Part shown: positions 48,912 to 58,661 of the stretch, piece after piece
How positions within the stretch are numbered: the stretch's first letter is position 1
Layout: every line of letters starts with the position of its first letter
Assembly (NCBI GenBank): GCA_963675765.1
Contig: OY776568.1
Coordinates: forward strand, 635,213-699,212
DNA length: 64,000 nt
Reading direction: 5' to 3'
Source of the DNA: Phycisphaerae bacterium
GTDB lineage: Bacteria; Planctomycetota; Phycisphaerae; UBA1845
Program-made: the position numbers and the translations under genes
Notes under the pieces: model-generated
Told to the model about the DNA's origin: nothing
Seen by the model: only the letters and a program-made list of their open reading frames with translations
The model's database searches: none

Positions 48912-50096
48912 TCACGCCGGGCGCTCCACCGAAGCGTCGCCCTCATGACGACCGAATATCATGCGACCCGCCGAAGTCTGCAATGAACTTGTGACCGAGA
49001 TCGTAATCGTCTTGCCAACGTGCGGCCTTCCCCCCTCAGCCACCACCATCGTCCCGTCCTCCAAATAACCGACCCCCTGACCTGCCTCATCTCCAGGACG
49101 GATAATCTTCACCTGCATCCTTTCGCCCGGCAAAAACACCGGCTTGAGAGCGTTGGCAAGATCATTGATGTTGATCACCGACACTCCACGAAGCTGCGCA
49201 ATCTTGTTGAGGTTATAATCGTTGGTCACCACCCGACCGCCGATCTTCGCCCCCAACTCCACCAGCAACTCATCAACAGGACGCTTGTTGTCACCCTGCT
49301 CCATGCGAACATCCATAATGCGAACATCTATCTTCTCATTAAGCTGCATCGAATTGAGAATGTCCAAGCCACGCCTGCCCCTGTTGCGCTTTAGCTTGTC
49401 TGACGAATCGGCCACCAACTGCAACTCCTGCAACACAAAACGAGGAACTATCAACTCCGATTCTATGATCCGCGTGTCACAAATATCCGCAATGCGCCCA
49501 TCAATGATCACCGAAGTGTCAAGCAACATCGGTCTATTTCCCTTGGTCTGCTTGACGAATTCCACATACGGAATCACAAAACGCACATCATCCTTCGTCT
49601 GGAATATGAAGCTGACCGACAGGTAACAGCAGATCACGCCGATGATGATCTTCATCGTACTGATGAACGGATGGTCTCGATACCCGATGAACTCCTTGTC
49701 CTTGACCTTCTCCATCACAATCACTGCATCCCCGGTCGAAGGATCAGTCTGACTAACCGGCAACTCCGACCACACATCGGCATGCACCGGCTTGCGAAGA
49801 TCAGGCCGAACCGATTGCACAACCAAATCAACAATCAGTGACAGACCAAACGAAATCACCATCCCAACTATGATGCCGAAGAAAAGACCGGAGATTGCCA
49901 AAAGCGACTTCTGGGGAATGAATATGTCGACAGCTATTACCGCCAAAGCCAGCGCGATCACACCTATCAAAACTAACTGCTTGTGTAGCTGCAGAATGCC
50001 CAGGGCACCGGTCGGATCGCTGTCCGCGGCAACGAAACTCCAAGCCACAGCAACCACCACCAACACCAACAAAGCTCTCAGAACGTGCAGAAACAT
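48912..50096 (-). CDS. Membrane-anchored PIN + TRAM domain protein (YacL-like)
   Basis: Four N-terminal TM helices. PIN motif LLDTSVIIDGRIADI. C-terminal TRAM-like block MQVKIIRPGDEAGQGVGYLEDGTMVVAEGG. The ATG at 50094-50096 is preferred, because the upstream extension overlaps a repeat copy. Confidence 0.65.
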   Translation of the reverse strand: MFLHVLRALLVLVVVAVAWSFVAADSDPTGALGILQLHKQLVLIGVIALALAVIAVDIFIPQKSLLAISGLFFGIIVGMVISFGLSLIVDLVVQSVRPDLRKPVHADVWSELPVSQTDPSTGDAVIVMEKVKDKEFIGYRDHPFISTMKIIIGVICCYLSVSFIFQTKDDVRFVIPYVEFVKQTKGNRPMLLDTSVIIDGRIADICDTRIIESELIVPRFVLQELQLVADSSDKLKRNRGRRGLDILNSMQLNEKIDVRIMDVRMEQGDNKRPVDELLVELGAKIGGRVVTNDYNLNKIAQLRGVSVININDLANALKPVFLPGERMQVKIIRPGDEAGQGVGYLEDGTMVVAEGGRPHVGKTITISVTSSLQTSAGRMIFGRHEGDASVERPA

Positions 50097-50227
50097 TGAA
50101 CAATCCTCGCTTGCCCGCAGGCGATCCGGATCCCCCCAGAGCTCACCAAGGCACGCCACCGCCCTTGAACGCAAGCGCCAACAGTCCGCCTCTCGCGCGT
50201 GGTCTGTCACTTGGAGCACTGATAGGC

Positions 50228-50306
50228 CAACCGTAGCGATTAGCAACGAAAGCCCATCGCCCCATGCCAAGGCCCAAACGCTACACCCGAATAGAGCCTG
50301 CTCTAG
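50228..50306 (+). repeat. Partial/diverged copy of the intergenic repeat family
   Basis: aacgctacacccgaatagagcctgctctag matches the family 3-prime half. Confidence 0.5.
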
Positions 50307-50636
50307 CCACCAACAAACTTACCCAACACGCGCCCGTTTGTCACGCAATCTATGCCCTTGGCGCTCTTCACCAAAGCGCCACGTTACTCCTCCAACCCGC
50401 TCTTCCCACCGCCCTTTTCGATGGAAACGAAGACCCCACAAATAGCGGACTGTTCTGCACAAAGCAGGCAGCTTGAATTGAATGATCTGTTCCTCGTCTG
50501 GCGAACAAGAATCGCCCACTCACTCACAGATCCATCCAATGAGCAAGTCGACGAAAAACCGGCAGCCCCTGCAAAGTCAAACGCAAAACACCCCCGCCGA
50601 TCGAAAGGAGCGGTGAGACATGCGGGCCAATGCAAA

Positions 50637-51935
50637 TCAGAGGTGTCGTGCGATATACTCGTACTCGCTCGTCAGCTTCCCCTTGTGCAGTATCACCGCC
50701 CGCTTCAACGGGTCAGGCAACCCCCACTCCTCAAGGCTGCCACCCGGATTGGAGTTGGCCAGCCCCGGCATCAACCGCAACAAAGCACTGCTGAAGGCAG
50801 CGGATGATTCGCGCGGCAGCTCCGTCGGCAATATCTCCACAGCCATAATAACCGGCCCCGTACCCTCAAACCCATCAACAGCCCGTCCCGAATCCGCTTC
50901 GTAAACATATACCGGATTGCCCGGATCGGTAGGCTTGACCGTGCACTCCACCGACCCCTCGACGTCACATGAAATATCTCCAATCACCCTCAGCCTCGGC
51001 TGCTGCCCACCCCCATAAAGGCTCTTGATCGCCGCATTGGAAACCAGACGCGGATACTTATTTTCCCAATAGATGCAGTTCGCCAACACCGTCAGATGAG
51101 GCAGATACTGCTCAAAACACCCCTCGTACTTCGACGGATTAGCAAAGTAATCCTGCAATTCAAAGCTCTGAGAGGCATCAACCGGCTTCACCATGTGCTC
51201 TTCTTTGAACACCACTAGATGGAATTGCCCATCCCCCTTATCCGCATCCAAACGCAAAACCTCATCCGGGCTAAGTTCGATCGGATCCGTAACCCGATAC
51301 ACCTCTTGCGCCCCCTGCCCCACACGCCCGTATCCTGTCACGCCACACACGATCGGTCCCAACCCCTTCAGCGCGCCCCTCGCCCGACATTGCCCCGCAA
51401 CACTCTCCAAGTGCTCCTTCGCCGCCTGCAAACTGGAGTACTGATGCGCCGGCTTCAACTCGCCAAGCGGTGTCTCCCGCCCCTCCACCTTCAACCTCTG
51501 CCCCAACGACCACATCGTGTCAATCATTCCCGCCAAGCCCGCGTACACGCCGAATGCAACCAGACGCATCCCTCTCTCATCTGCGATCCGCTCATAGTCT
51601 ATGAGGTTGCACTCCAGTTCCATCATCCGCCGCAACATCGGCATGTTGTACGACTGCCCCTTGATCGTGTGGGAGAAAAACACATACGTCTTACCTCGCT
51701 CAAACGCCGCCGCAGGAATCTCCTTCACCCCCATGATGATCGGACAATCCCCCAGATCCTCCGAAACCTCTGCCCCAACAGCCTTGAACTCCTCCTCCGA
51801 AAACGCCCGCTGGTCAGAAGGCTGCACCGTGAACTTCAGCCCATGATGCGCCACAAGGTCCTTGATATGATCCGGAACAAGCGGAATCCGAGCCTCCCAT
51901 TTCGTCTTGTCCTCGCGGCGAAGTCCGATCTTCAT
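50637..51935 (-). CDS. Saccharopine-dehydrogenase-like (LOR/SDH, AlaDH/PNT-type N-domain) oxidoreductase
   Basis: MKIGLRREDKTKWEARIPLVP ... GVTGYGRVGQGAQE Rossmann motif. ATG at 51933-51935. Confidence 0.65.
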   Translation of the reverse strand: MKIGLRREDKTKWEARIPLVPDHIKDLVAHHGLKFTVQPSDQRAFSEEEFKAVGAEVSEDLGDCPIIMGVKEIPAAAFERGKTYVFFSHTIKGQSYNMPMLRRMMELECNLIDYERIADERGMRLVAFGVYAGLAGMIDTMWSLGQRLKVEGRETPLGELKPAHQYSSLQAAKEHLESVAGQCRARGALKGLGPIVCGVTGYGRVGQGAQEVYRVTDPIELSPDEVLRLDADKGDGQFHLVVFKEEHMVKPVDASQSFELQDYFANPSKYEGCFEQYLPHLTVLANCIYWENKYPRLVSNAAIKSLYGGGQQPRLRVIGDISCDVEGSVECTVKPTDPGNPVYVYEADSGRAVDGFEGTGPVIMAVEILPTELPRESSAAFSSALLRLMPGLANSNPGGSLEEWGLPDPLKRAVILHKGKLTSEYEYIARHL

Positions 51936-52261
51936 CAGCCAAACCTTCCTACATCTCAAAAACGCGTTGTACCTAGTGTCTCGACAGCGGGGATTGCAAA
52001 GAGAAGCAATGTTAGGATCCCTTATACACACGGTCAACCGCACAACATCAGGGTGTACAAGCCGCCGCAAACCACCGTAGAATGATCATCATTAACCCGG
52101 TTATTGCATCCGTCTTTTCGACGAATGCTGTAACTCGTCAAGTCCAAGGAGATTACGCGCCATACGCACCCTCTCTTGGATTGACCCACTGCTACTAGAC
52201 GCAGTACGTTTCTCGGCTGGCCTGCGCCGCCGATGCTTCGCAAACTGTTCCCGCTGCTGCC

Positions 52262-53689
52262 ATGAACGACTCGCGGACACCACCATCAACCGAACAGTGC
52301 AACGCCAATCCATCCTTACCCAATCGCATCGTCACCGACCCAGTTCGCCCCGTGATGATCGCTCTCGTTCTCCCCGTTCTCGCCGAACAGTTTCTCAACA
52401 CCCTCGTGGGCCTGGTTGACGTATACCTCGCCGGAAACCTCGCCAACGTCGGCGTCGAGGCAACAAGTGCCGTCGGCCTCGCATCTTACGTAGGCTGGCT
52501 TGTCACCATGATCTTCGCCCTCGTCGGAACAGGAACCACTGCCCTCGTCGCCAGAGCATGGGGCCAGGGCGATCGCTCTCAGGCAAACAAGGTGGCCAAT
52601 CAATCCATACTTCTCGCCTCCATCCTCGGATTCCTTGCCGTCGCCGGACTGTTCCTCATCGCTCCCCTATTCGCCGGCTGGCAGAACATGACCGGCCGAA
52701 CCTACGACATCGCCGTCTTCTACCTCCAGGTAGACGCCTTTGGACACCTCGGGGCCGCTGTCACGCTAGTCGCCGGAGCCGCCCTGCGCGGGGTTGGGGA
52801 TATGCGAACGCCGATGAAGGTGCTCGTCCTTGTTAACATCATCAACATCGTCCTCTCCTGCTGCCTCGTCCACGGGTTTGGACCCTTTCCCTCAATGGGC
52901 GTCAACGGAATAGTGACCGGAACCCTATGCGCCAGATTGCTAGGCGGAGCCATCATTCTTGCCATCCTCCTCTCCGGACGCTCCGGTATCATTCTCCAAC
53001 GCAAACTCCTCCTCCCCGCGTGGACACTGACCCGCCGAATCCTCCGTATTGGAATTCCAGCAGCAGTCGACGGCGCCCTAATGTGGACCGGTCATTTCAT
53101 CTTCCTCATGATCATCGCCCGACTCACCCAAACCCATCCCGGCGAACCCAACCACGCCTACGCTGCCCACATCGTGGTCGTCAGACTCGAAGCCTTCACC
53201 TACCTCCCCGCCAACGCCTGGGCCGCCGCCTGCGCCACCATGATAGGCCAGGCGCTAGGTGCGAAACTCCCTCATCGTGCCAGGAAATGCGGCTACGAAG
53301 GCGCTATCCAGTGCGGCCTCCTCACCTCCGTCGTAGGATTGGTCTTCATCCTCTTCGCCCGACCACTCTGCAACCTCATGCACTCCGACGCCACAACCAT
53401 AGACCTAGCCGTCCCCGTGCTCATCCTCGCCGGCGCATTCCAGCCCATCCTCGCAGTGGCCATCGCCTTCATCGGCTCTCTCCGCGGCGCCGGCGATACC
53501 CTTCCACCACTTGTGATAAACACTATTTGCCTCGCACTCCTCCGCATCCCCATCGGCTATGTGCTCGGAATGGTCCTGGGTCTCGGCCTCTTCGGCGCCT
53601 GGATCGGTGTGTGTGTCGACCTCTCCTTCCGCACGCTACTCCTCCTCATCCGCTACCGCCAGGGACGCTGGATCACCGTTCGCGTCTGA
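52262..53689 (+). CDS. MATE-family multidrug/oligosaccharide efflux transporter
   Basis: Twelve predicted TM segments with twofold MatE repeat. PVLAEQFLNTLVGLVDVYLAG is the typical start. The true start is probably downstream of the track start. Confidence 0.8.
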   Translation: MNDSRTPPSTEQCNANPSLPNRIVTDPVRPVMIALVLPVLAEQFLNTLVGLVDVYLAGNLANVGVEATSAVGLASYVGWLVTMIFALVGTGTTALVARAWGQGDRSQANKVANQSILLASILGFLAVAGLFLIAPLFAGWQNMTGRTYDIAVFYLQVDAFGHLGAAVTLVAGAALRGVGDMRTPMKVLVLVNIINIVLSCCLVHGFGPFPSMGVNGIVTGTLCARLLGGAIILAILLSGRSGIILQRKLLLPAWTLTRRILRIGIPAAVDGALMWTGHFIFLMIIARLTQTHPGEPNHAYAAHIVVVRLEAFTYLPANAWAAACATMIGQALGAKLPHRARKCGYEGAIQCGLLTSVVGLVFILFARPLCNLMHSDATTIDLAVPVLILAGAFQPILAVAIAFIGSLRGAGDTLPPLVINTICLALLRIPIGYVLGMVLGLGLFGAWIGVCVDLSFRTLLLLIRYRQGRWITVRV

Positions 53690-53728
53690 TCCCCTTTCAC
53701 CATCACTATCTCGCTACATCCCCGAGCG

Positions 53729-53767
53729 CAGCGACAGACGCTACACCTGAATAGAGCTTGCCCTGGA
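53729..53767 (+). repeat. Partial copy of the intergenic repeat family (3-prime half)
   Basis: cagcgacagacgctacacctgaatagagcttgccctgg. Confidence 0.45.
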
Positions 53768-54538
53768 GCCTGTTCTAATCGATGCCATCAACTCATCGAC
53801 GTTTGGCGAATCCCCAACACGCCAAAAAACATCGACCGTCACCTCCCGAACCTCCGGCGGTTCGCTCGCCACATGCTCCGGCAGAACAGCCGTCAAACGC
53901 GCCGGCCGCTTGAGCGAAAGGTTGCCCAAAGTAATCGCCTTGATCAATACGTATTCCGATTCCTTGAAATCCGTATCACTCGACTCGACACTCGTCCCGT
54001 CTCGAATCAACAGCCGCGCCCCTCTACCCTCTGGATAGTCCACATCTGCAAAAACCTCCATCTCCTGCGCCGTACCCTGGTACTCCAAGGGTATCGCTAT
54101 CGGCAGACACGCACGCCCAAACTCGCCCGCCGAGACCTCCAGCTCAAACGCAACCCGATCACCCTGATCTCCGGCAAAAAACGAACCACTAGCCGCCTTG
54201 AGAGTAACAATCGCCGTGCAGCGTCCCTCATATTGGTTCTGGTAGTAAACCTCCACCCAGCAGTAGCCGTCATTATCTGCCAAGCTCGGGACCATCGCCA
54301 ACCCATCCGCGTTAAGAAATGGCCCCTGATACATTTCACAAAGAAAATCGGGAATCTTGTTTTTCCCCAGCGCGGCCACAAACAAGCGCAGCGACACCAC
54401 GACCAAAACAGGCCCGCCAAGAAGAGCCACAAGCCCAACCTCGCCACCGCCTATCCAGTAGCCAAGCGAACCAACAGTCAGTACCACGCCACCAGCTACC
54501 AGAAGTGCCGTCACAAACTTCAAGAATCCTCGTAACAT
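53741..54538 (-). CDS. Hypothetical membrane protein (two N-terminal TM helices)
   Basis: MLRGFLKFVTALLVAGGVVLTVGSLGYWIGGGEVGLVALLGGPVLVVVSL and then a soluble domain. No family recognised. Confidence 0.4.
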   Translation of the reverse strand: MLRGFLKFVTALLVAGGVVLTVGSLGYWIGGGEVGLVALLGGPVLVVVSLRLFVAALGKNKIPDFLCEMYQGPFLNADGLAMVPSLADNDGYCWVEVYYQNQYEGRCTAIVTLKAASGSFFAGDQGDRVAFELEVSAGEFGRACLPIAIPLEYQGTAQEMEVFADVDYPEGRGARLLIRDGTSVESSDTDFKESEYVLIKAITLGNLSLKRPARLTAVLPEHVASEPPEVREVTVDVFWRVGDSPNVDELMASIRTGSRASSIQV

Positions 54539-54718
54539 GATCCCATCCCAATCCCACCAGTTCGTACCCGCCGTCTCGACATGACCGGTGACCCGCACGA
54601 CAACACCTCGCGTCCAAGCGTAGCCTCCAATATCGCCCCACCGGACACGACCACAATCCACACGCTCCACTTGAACACCGCTTGCCCTAACACCCCGTCA
54701 AACAGACTTCGCTCCCCC

Positions 54719-56707
54719 TCACTTGAGTTCATCCAGCTTACGACGCACTATCTCCGCTTTGGCGCTCTCCCCTGTTTGCTGGAAAGCCGCCAACGCGCGG
54801 CGAACGTGGTCCCGCGCTGCCGCCTTGTCGCCAAGACGAAGCAGAATCGTCGCTAGGTTGTAATGGACATCCCCAAGATTAGGCGCAACAGCCAGAGCCT
54901 GCCGATAGTGCCCGACTGCCTCCTCCAAACGCCCCGCCGTCACCAACGCATTGGCCAGATTGTTGTGCGTCTCCGCGGCCTGCCCATCAATCAACAAAGC
55001 ACGATTAAACGTCGCTATCGCCCGATCAACCTCCCCCCCATTCAGCAAAGCATTGCCCAGGTTATTCAACGCCCGCACGTTGTTTGGCCGCACCGCCAGC
55101 GCCTGGTTGTAGTGGTCGATGGCCTCGGCAAGCTGGCCTTGCTGTGCCAGCGCATACCCGAGACTGACGTGCGCGTCGCTAAAAAGCGGCGCTATGCCCA
55201 AAGCAGCACCAAACTCCTCGATAGCCTCCGCACGCCTGCCCAACGCCAAAAGAGCGTTGCCCAGGTTGTTGTGCCCATCCGGATTGTCTGGCCGGAGTCG
55301 CACCGCTTCGCCGGCAAGCCGGGCGGCCTCTCCGTAATCCCCCCGATCATAGCAGACCACCCCGTAGTTCAGATAGAGTATTGCGGCCTTCGGCGCCTGC
55401 GCCAGCACATGCCCGTACAGACTGTCGTTGTCGCGCCAAAATCCCTGCTGACGCCAAACACCCACAGACGCCGCAGCCGTCACTGCCGCACAAATGACCA
55501 CGACGATGGCCCGATCGGGAACCGGTCGAACCCGCTTCATCACCGCCGCAATCGCCGCAGTCACCGCAAGCCACAATCCCACTGACGGCAAATACGCATA
55601 CTTCTCCTGAACAACCGAAGTACTGAACCCGATCAGCCCCAGCGTGGGAAAAGCCCCAACGAAGAAGAAGAGCAACGCGAACGTCCAGCCGCGCACGCGA
55701 TACCGGCCAAGCCAACCGCTAACTGCCAAAACCACAACGACCAGTATCGCCACAAGGTACGCCGGCTGTGCCAGCGAAAACGGCTTCACGTACGGATGAA
55801 ACGGAAACAGATCCACTGGCCAGATAAAGTTACGGGCATGAAAGCACAAGTTGTAGCAAGCAACCAGCGGTGCCCGCAACGGGTGCCAAGCCGTGGGAAG
55901 CTCAGTAGCGCACGATCGGGCTTGCGAAACATACGTGATAACGGCAAAGACAATGGAGAGGGCAAGTAGCGGCCATTTCGAAACCGTTGACCTCACCAAC
56001 TCCTTCCGATTGCCAATACGACCCATTGGCCAATAGTCAAGAAGAATCATAAGCAGTGGCAGTGGAACAACGATGGGTTTGGCCAGCAACGCCAGCAGAA
56101 ACGCCAGAATGCAACCGCCGTATAGCCAACGACGGGGCTTCTGCGCATAGGCCACATAGGCGACAATGCTGATAAGCCCGAACAGCGATGCAAGAGGTGT
56201 CTTCCTCTCCGACACCCAGATAATCGCCTCAACCGTGATAGGATGCAGGCCAAACAGCAGGCCGGCGAAAACAGCCGCAGCGCTGCTGCGAAACAGCAAC
56301 CAGGCAAGCAGCGCCACCATCCCCGCGTTAAGCCCGTGCAGCACAGTACTGGTCGCCCGGTAGCGGGCAGGATCAAGCGGCTGGTCGGCTGTGGCATAAT
56401 CGAACATCAGCGAAAGCATGGTCAGCGGCTGGTAATACCCCTCCACCGACGATGGCTTGGTCACCTCACCAACTATCCGAGAGGCCGAGGCCCACCCCGG
56501 GTTCCTTACCAAGCTATTGTTCAACAGATACTGCGGGTCGTCCGTGAACCACGCCTTGGCATGAGTCCCTGGCCAGTGCACAGCCGTGACGATCAGAGCC
56601 ACTACGACAACGATCAGAACGGCTCGATAGCCATCCGGAAAAGACCCGTGCGCGCCTCGCGATGAGTTCGTCAGACGCCGATCGGAGCGGTTCATCCTTG
56701 CGGTCAT
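54719..56707 (-). CDS. Polytopic membrane protein with C-terminal TPR array (TMTC-like / GT-C-type putative glycosyltransferase)
   Basis: About 11 TM helices followed by several TPR units (AHVSLGYALAQQGQLAEAIDHYNQALAVRPNN...). The architecture matches TMTC/DUF1736-type proteins. Confidence 0.55.
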   Translation of the reverse strand: MTARMNRSDRRLTNSSRGAHGSFPDGYRAVLIVVVVALIVTAVHWPGTHAKAWFTDDPQYLLNNSLVRNPGWASASRIVGEVTKPSSVEGYYQPLTMLSLMFDYATADQPLDPARYRATSTVLHGLNAGMVALLAWLLFRSSAAAVFAGLLFGLHPITVEAIIWVSERKTPLASLFGLISIVAYVAYAQKPRRWLYGGCILAFLLALLAKPIVVPLPLLMILLDYWPMGRIGNRKELVRSTVSKWPLLALSIVFAVITYVSQARSCATELPTAWHPLRAPLVACYNLCFHARNFIWPVDLFPFHPYVKPFSLAQPAYLVAILVVVVLAVSGWLGRYRVRGWTFALLFFFVGAFPTLGLIGFSTSVVQEKYAYLPSVGLWLAVTAAIAAVMKRVRPVPDRAIVVVICAAVTAAASVGVWRQQGFWRDNDSLYGHVLAQAPKAAILYLNYGVVCYDRGDYGEAARLAGEAVRLRPDNPDGHNNLGNALLALGRRAEAIEEFGAALGIAPLFSDAHVSLGYALAQQGQLAEAIDHYNQALAVRPNNVRALNNLGNALLNGGEVDRAIATFNRALLIDGQAAETHNNLANALVTAGRLEEAVGHYRQALAVAPNLGDVHYNLATILLRLGDKAAARDHVRRALAAFQQTGESAKAEIVRRKLDELK

Positions 56708-56950
56708 GTGCAGTCTCGTTGGCCAAACATATCACCCAAAGCAGCACACCTGCTAAGATCAATCGCAGTCTATGAACATTGAGCCGAGATGAAAAGGCTA
56801 AACAACCACGAGTGCATCCCCAACCGCTAACACACCACCGACCACCACAAGCCCACCTACCGGCCACAAAGCAAAGAGCCCAACTACTCGCTGGCCCACA
56901 CACTGACGAGACGAATTATCCGTTCACCTTCCGCATACCCAAAGCCTTGC

Positions 56951-57033
56951 CCGTCCAAGCCTAGCGTCAAACACCCGACATCTGCCGGAGAAAACTAGCG
57001 TTCAGCCGCTACAGTCGGACAGAACCTGCTCTA
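56951..57033 (+). repeat. Full copy (forward) of the intergenic repeat family
   Basis: cgtccaagcctagcgtcaaacacccgacatctgccggagaaaactagcgttcagccgctacagtcggacagaacctgctctag. Confidence 0.65.
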
Positions 57034-57210
57034 GGGACAACCGAGATTGCGTAATCTAACATACTGGAATCACGGAACGCTCACCTAACTCTCACAGCCC
57101 ATAGATGCATTCAGTCGCTCCAACGAATCGTCAGCCCCCCTTTCTGTGCCTACGAGCCGTCCACGCAGCCTATCTTGATGACAAAGGCCCATGTGCCGAG
57201 TTCCCCTCAG

Positions 57211-57359
57211 CGTGGATTTCAATGGACACGTAATGGCACAATCCGCTATCATGTCATATGTTCTTGCGACGAGCCGGAGGACCATTGCGGCCAGTGAATT
57301 AACTCAGGAGAATCCAAGAAGCATGATCGAACATTGATCGTGATGTAGATGTTAGCGAC
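57211..57359 (+). pseudogene. Degenerate duplicate of the promoter/5-prime UTR/first codons of the dockerin-FGE gene (paralogous 5-prime module)
   Basis: About 80 percent identical to 58554-58699. Shared blocks ggcacaatccgcYatcatgt and gtgaattaactYaggaga. The ATG at 57323 is followed by a stop after 4 codons. Confidence 0.55.
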
Positions 57360-57670
57360 TTCGCTAACTCCTCGGCTTGCGCACGTCGAATTCCCCAGTC
57401 TTCATCCTGCGCCAGCTGCGCTTTTGACGACGAATTTCACTATCCTCTCCGGGCCGCGATAGCTCTGCCTCACAACAGGATAGCCCAAAAGCAGGAGAAA
57501 ACGCGGTAGTCCCCGAGTTGCTCTAAATACGGCGATGTCGACACTTGCCCGTGGGCACAAATCAAGCGTTCAAAGACACGGGAGATCGGCAGGGACGATC
57601 AATGGGCGGGCAGACGTAAATGAAATCAAAGGAAATGACGGGAAGATTCATTGAAAGGCGGTGACGGACG

Positions 57671-58378
57671 ATGCTTGGACGACCTGGCTTAGGAGATGAG
57701 ATGCCATCCATACTGCACAACAGGATGATGTTGTTTTTTGTTGCGCTCTCGATGCTCTTTGTTACACACAGTGTAACTCTTGCTGATTTCACAATCTATG
57801 AGGGGAACGCTGCTTCCGAGTTGGAATGGCAGGTGGCCGCCGCTGTCACCAACCTGGAAGATTTCGAATCCTATTCAGCCGGCACGCAAATAGACTCTCT
57901 GCCCGCGTTGGGTATCAACTTCGATCCCTTGGCTGGCGGCGGTTTCCCATGCACCTACTCCTTCACCGGAACCCAGACGCCGCACGGGAAAATGCAGCTA
58001 GGAAATTTCCCGAACGGAATCAATTCTATCAATCGGTGGGATGATATAGTCATATCTGCTTCCCACGGCCGCGAAATTACCGCTATGGGTTTTTGGAATG
58101 GAGATGGGCAAAGCGATACGATGACGGCGTATGTCTACGACTTCGCAGACAACCTGATCGGATCTATCGGAGCCTACAGAGGCCAGTTTGCTGGTTTCAT
58201 TTCAGATGTCCCCATATGGTATGTTATCCTTGATGGAGATACAGGTGATGGGTGGAATCACGTGGATGGGCTCCAGACAAACGCTGTCCCTGAACCATTG
58301 TCAGGTACACTCCTCGTCGTTGCAGGCTGTGCCACGCTGTTGCGGCGGAAGAGGTTTGCGCAGGCCGCAAAGCGTTAG
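57671..58378 (+). CDS. PEP-CTERM sorting-domain secreted protein
   Basis: Signal peptide MMLFFVALSMLFVTHSVTLA. C-terminus AVPEPLSGTLLVVAGCATLLRRKRF. Confidence 0.7.
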   Translation: MLGRPGLGDEMPSILHNRMMLFFVALSMLFVTHSVTLADFTIYEGNAASELEWQVAAAVTNLEDFESYSAGTQIDSLPALGINFDPLAGGGFPCTYSFTGTQTPHGKMQLGNFPNGINSINRWDDIVISASHGREITAMGFWNGDGQSDTMTAYVYDFADNLIGSIGAYRGQFAGFISDVPIWYVILDGDTGDGWNHVDGLQTNAVPEPLSGTLLVVAGCATLLRRKRFAQAAKR

Positions 58379-58553
58379 CCACAAAGGGAGGAAACAGCAA
58401 TAGCTCTGAGTTGTTACAATGCTTAGGCTGCTCTTGAAGGGTCACAATCGGAGGGACAAAGGGGATTGCGTAATACGACACGCCAGAATCACAAGGCGTT
58501 CAGAGGACTCTGACGGCCTGTAGACCTGTCCAGTTTCTCTCGCAAACCCTCCA

Positions 58554-58661
58554 CGTGAATCTCAATAGACACCTGACGGCACAATCCGCCATCATGTTAA
58601 ACGTTCTCGCGAAGGGCCGGAGAACCACTGCAACTAGTGAATTAACTTAGGAGAGCCCCAA
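58554..58661 (+). promoter_or_regulatory. Conserved upstream leader with Shine-Dalgarno (aggaga) preceding the dockerin-FGE gene; paralogue at 57211-57322
   Basis: See the duplicate copy. aggagagccccaaATG places the SD 7 nt before the start. Confidence 0.45.

Noticed and set aside
52927-53754. 275-aa Arg/Pro/His-rich ORF on the plus strand overlapping the MATE transporter gene.
   Set aside because: It is an alternative frame of a GC-rich membrane-protein gene with an extreme composition (RRRP repeats). The same-strand overlap makes it implausible.
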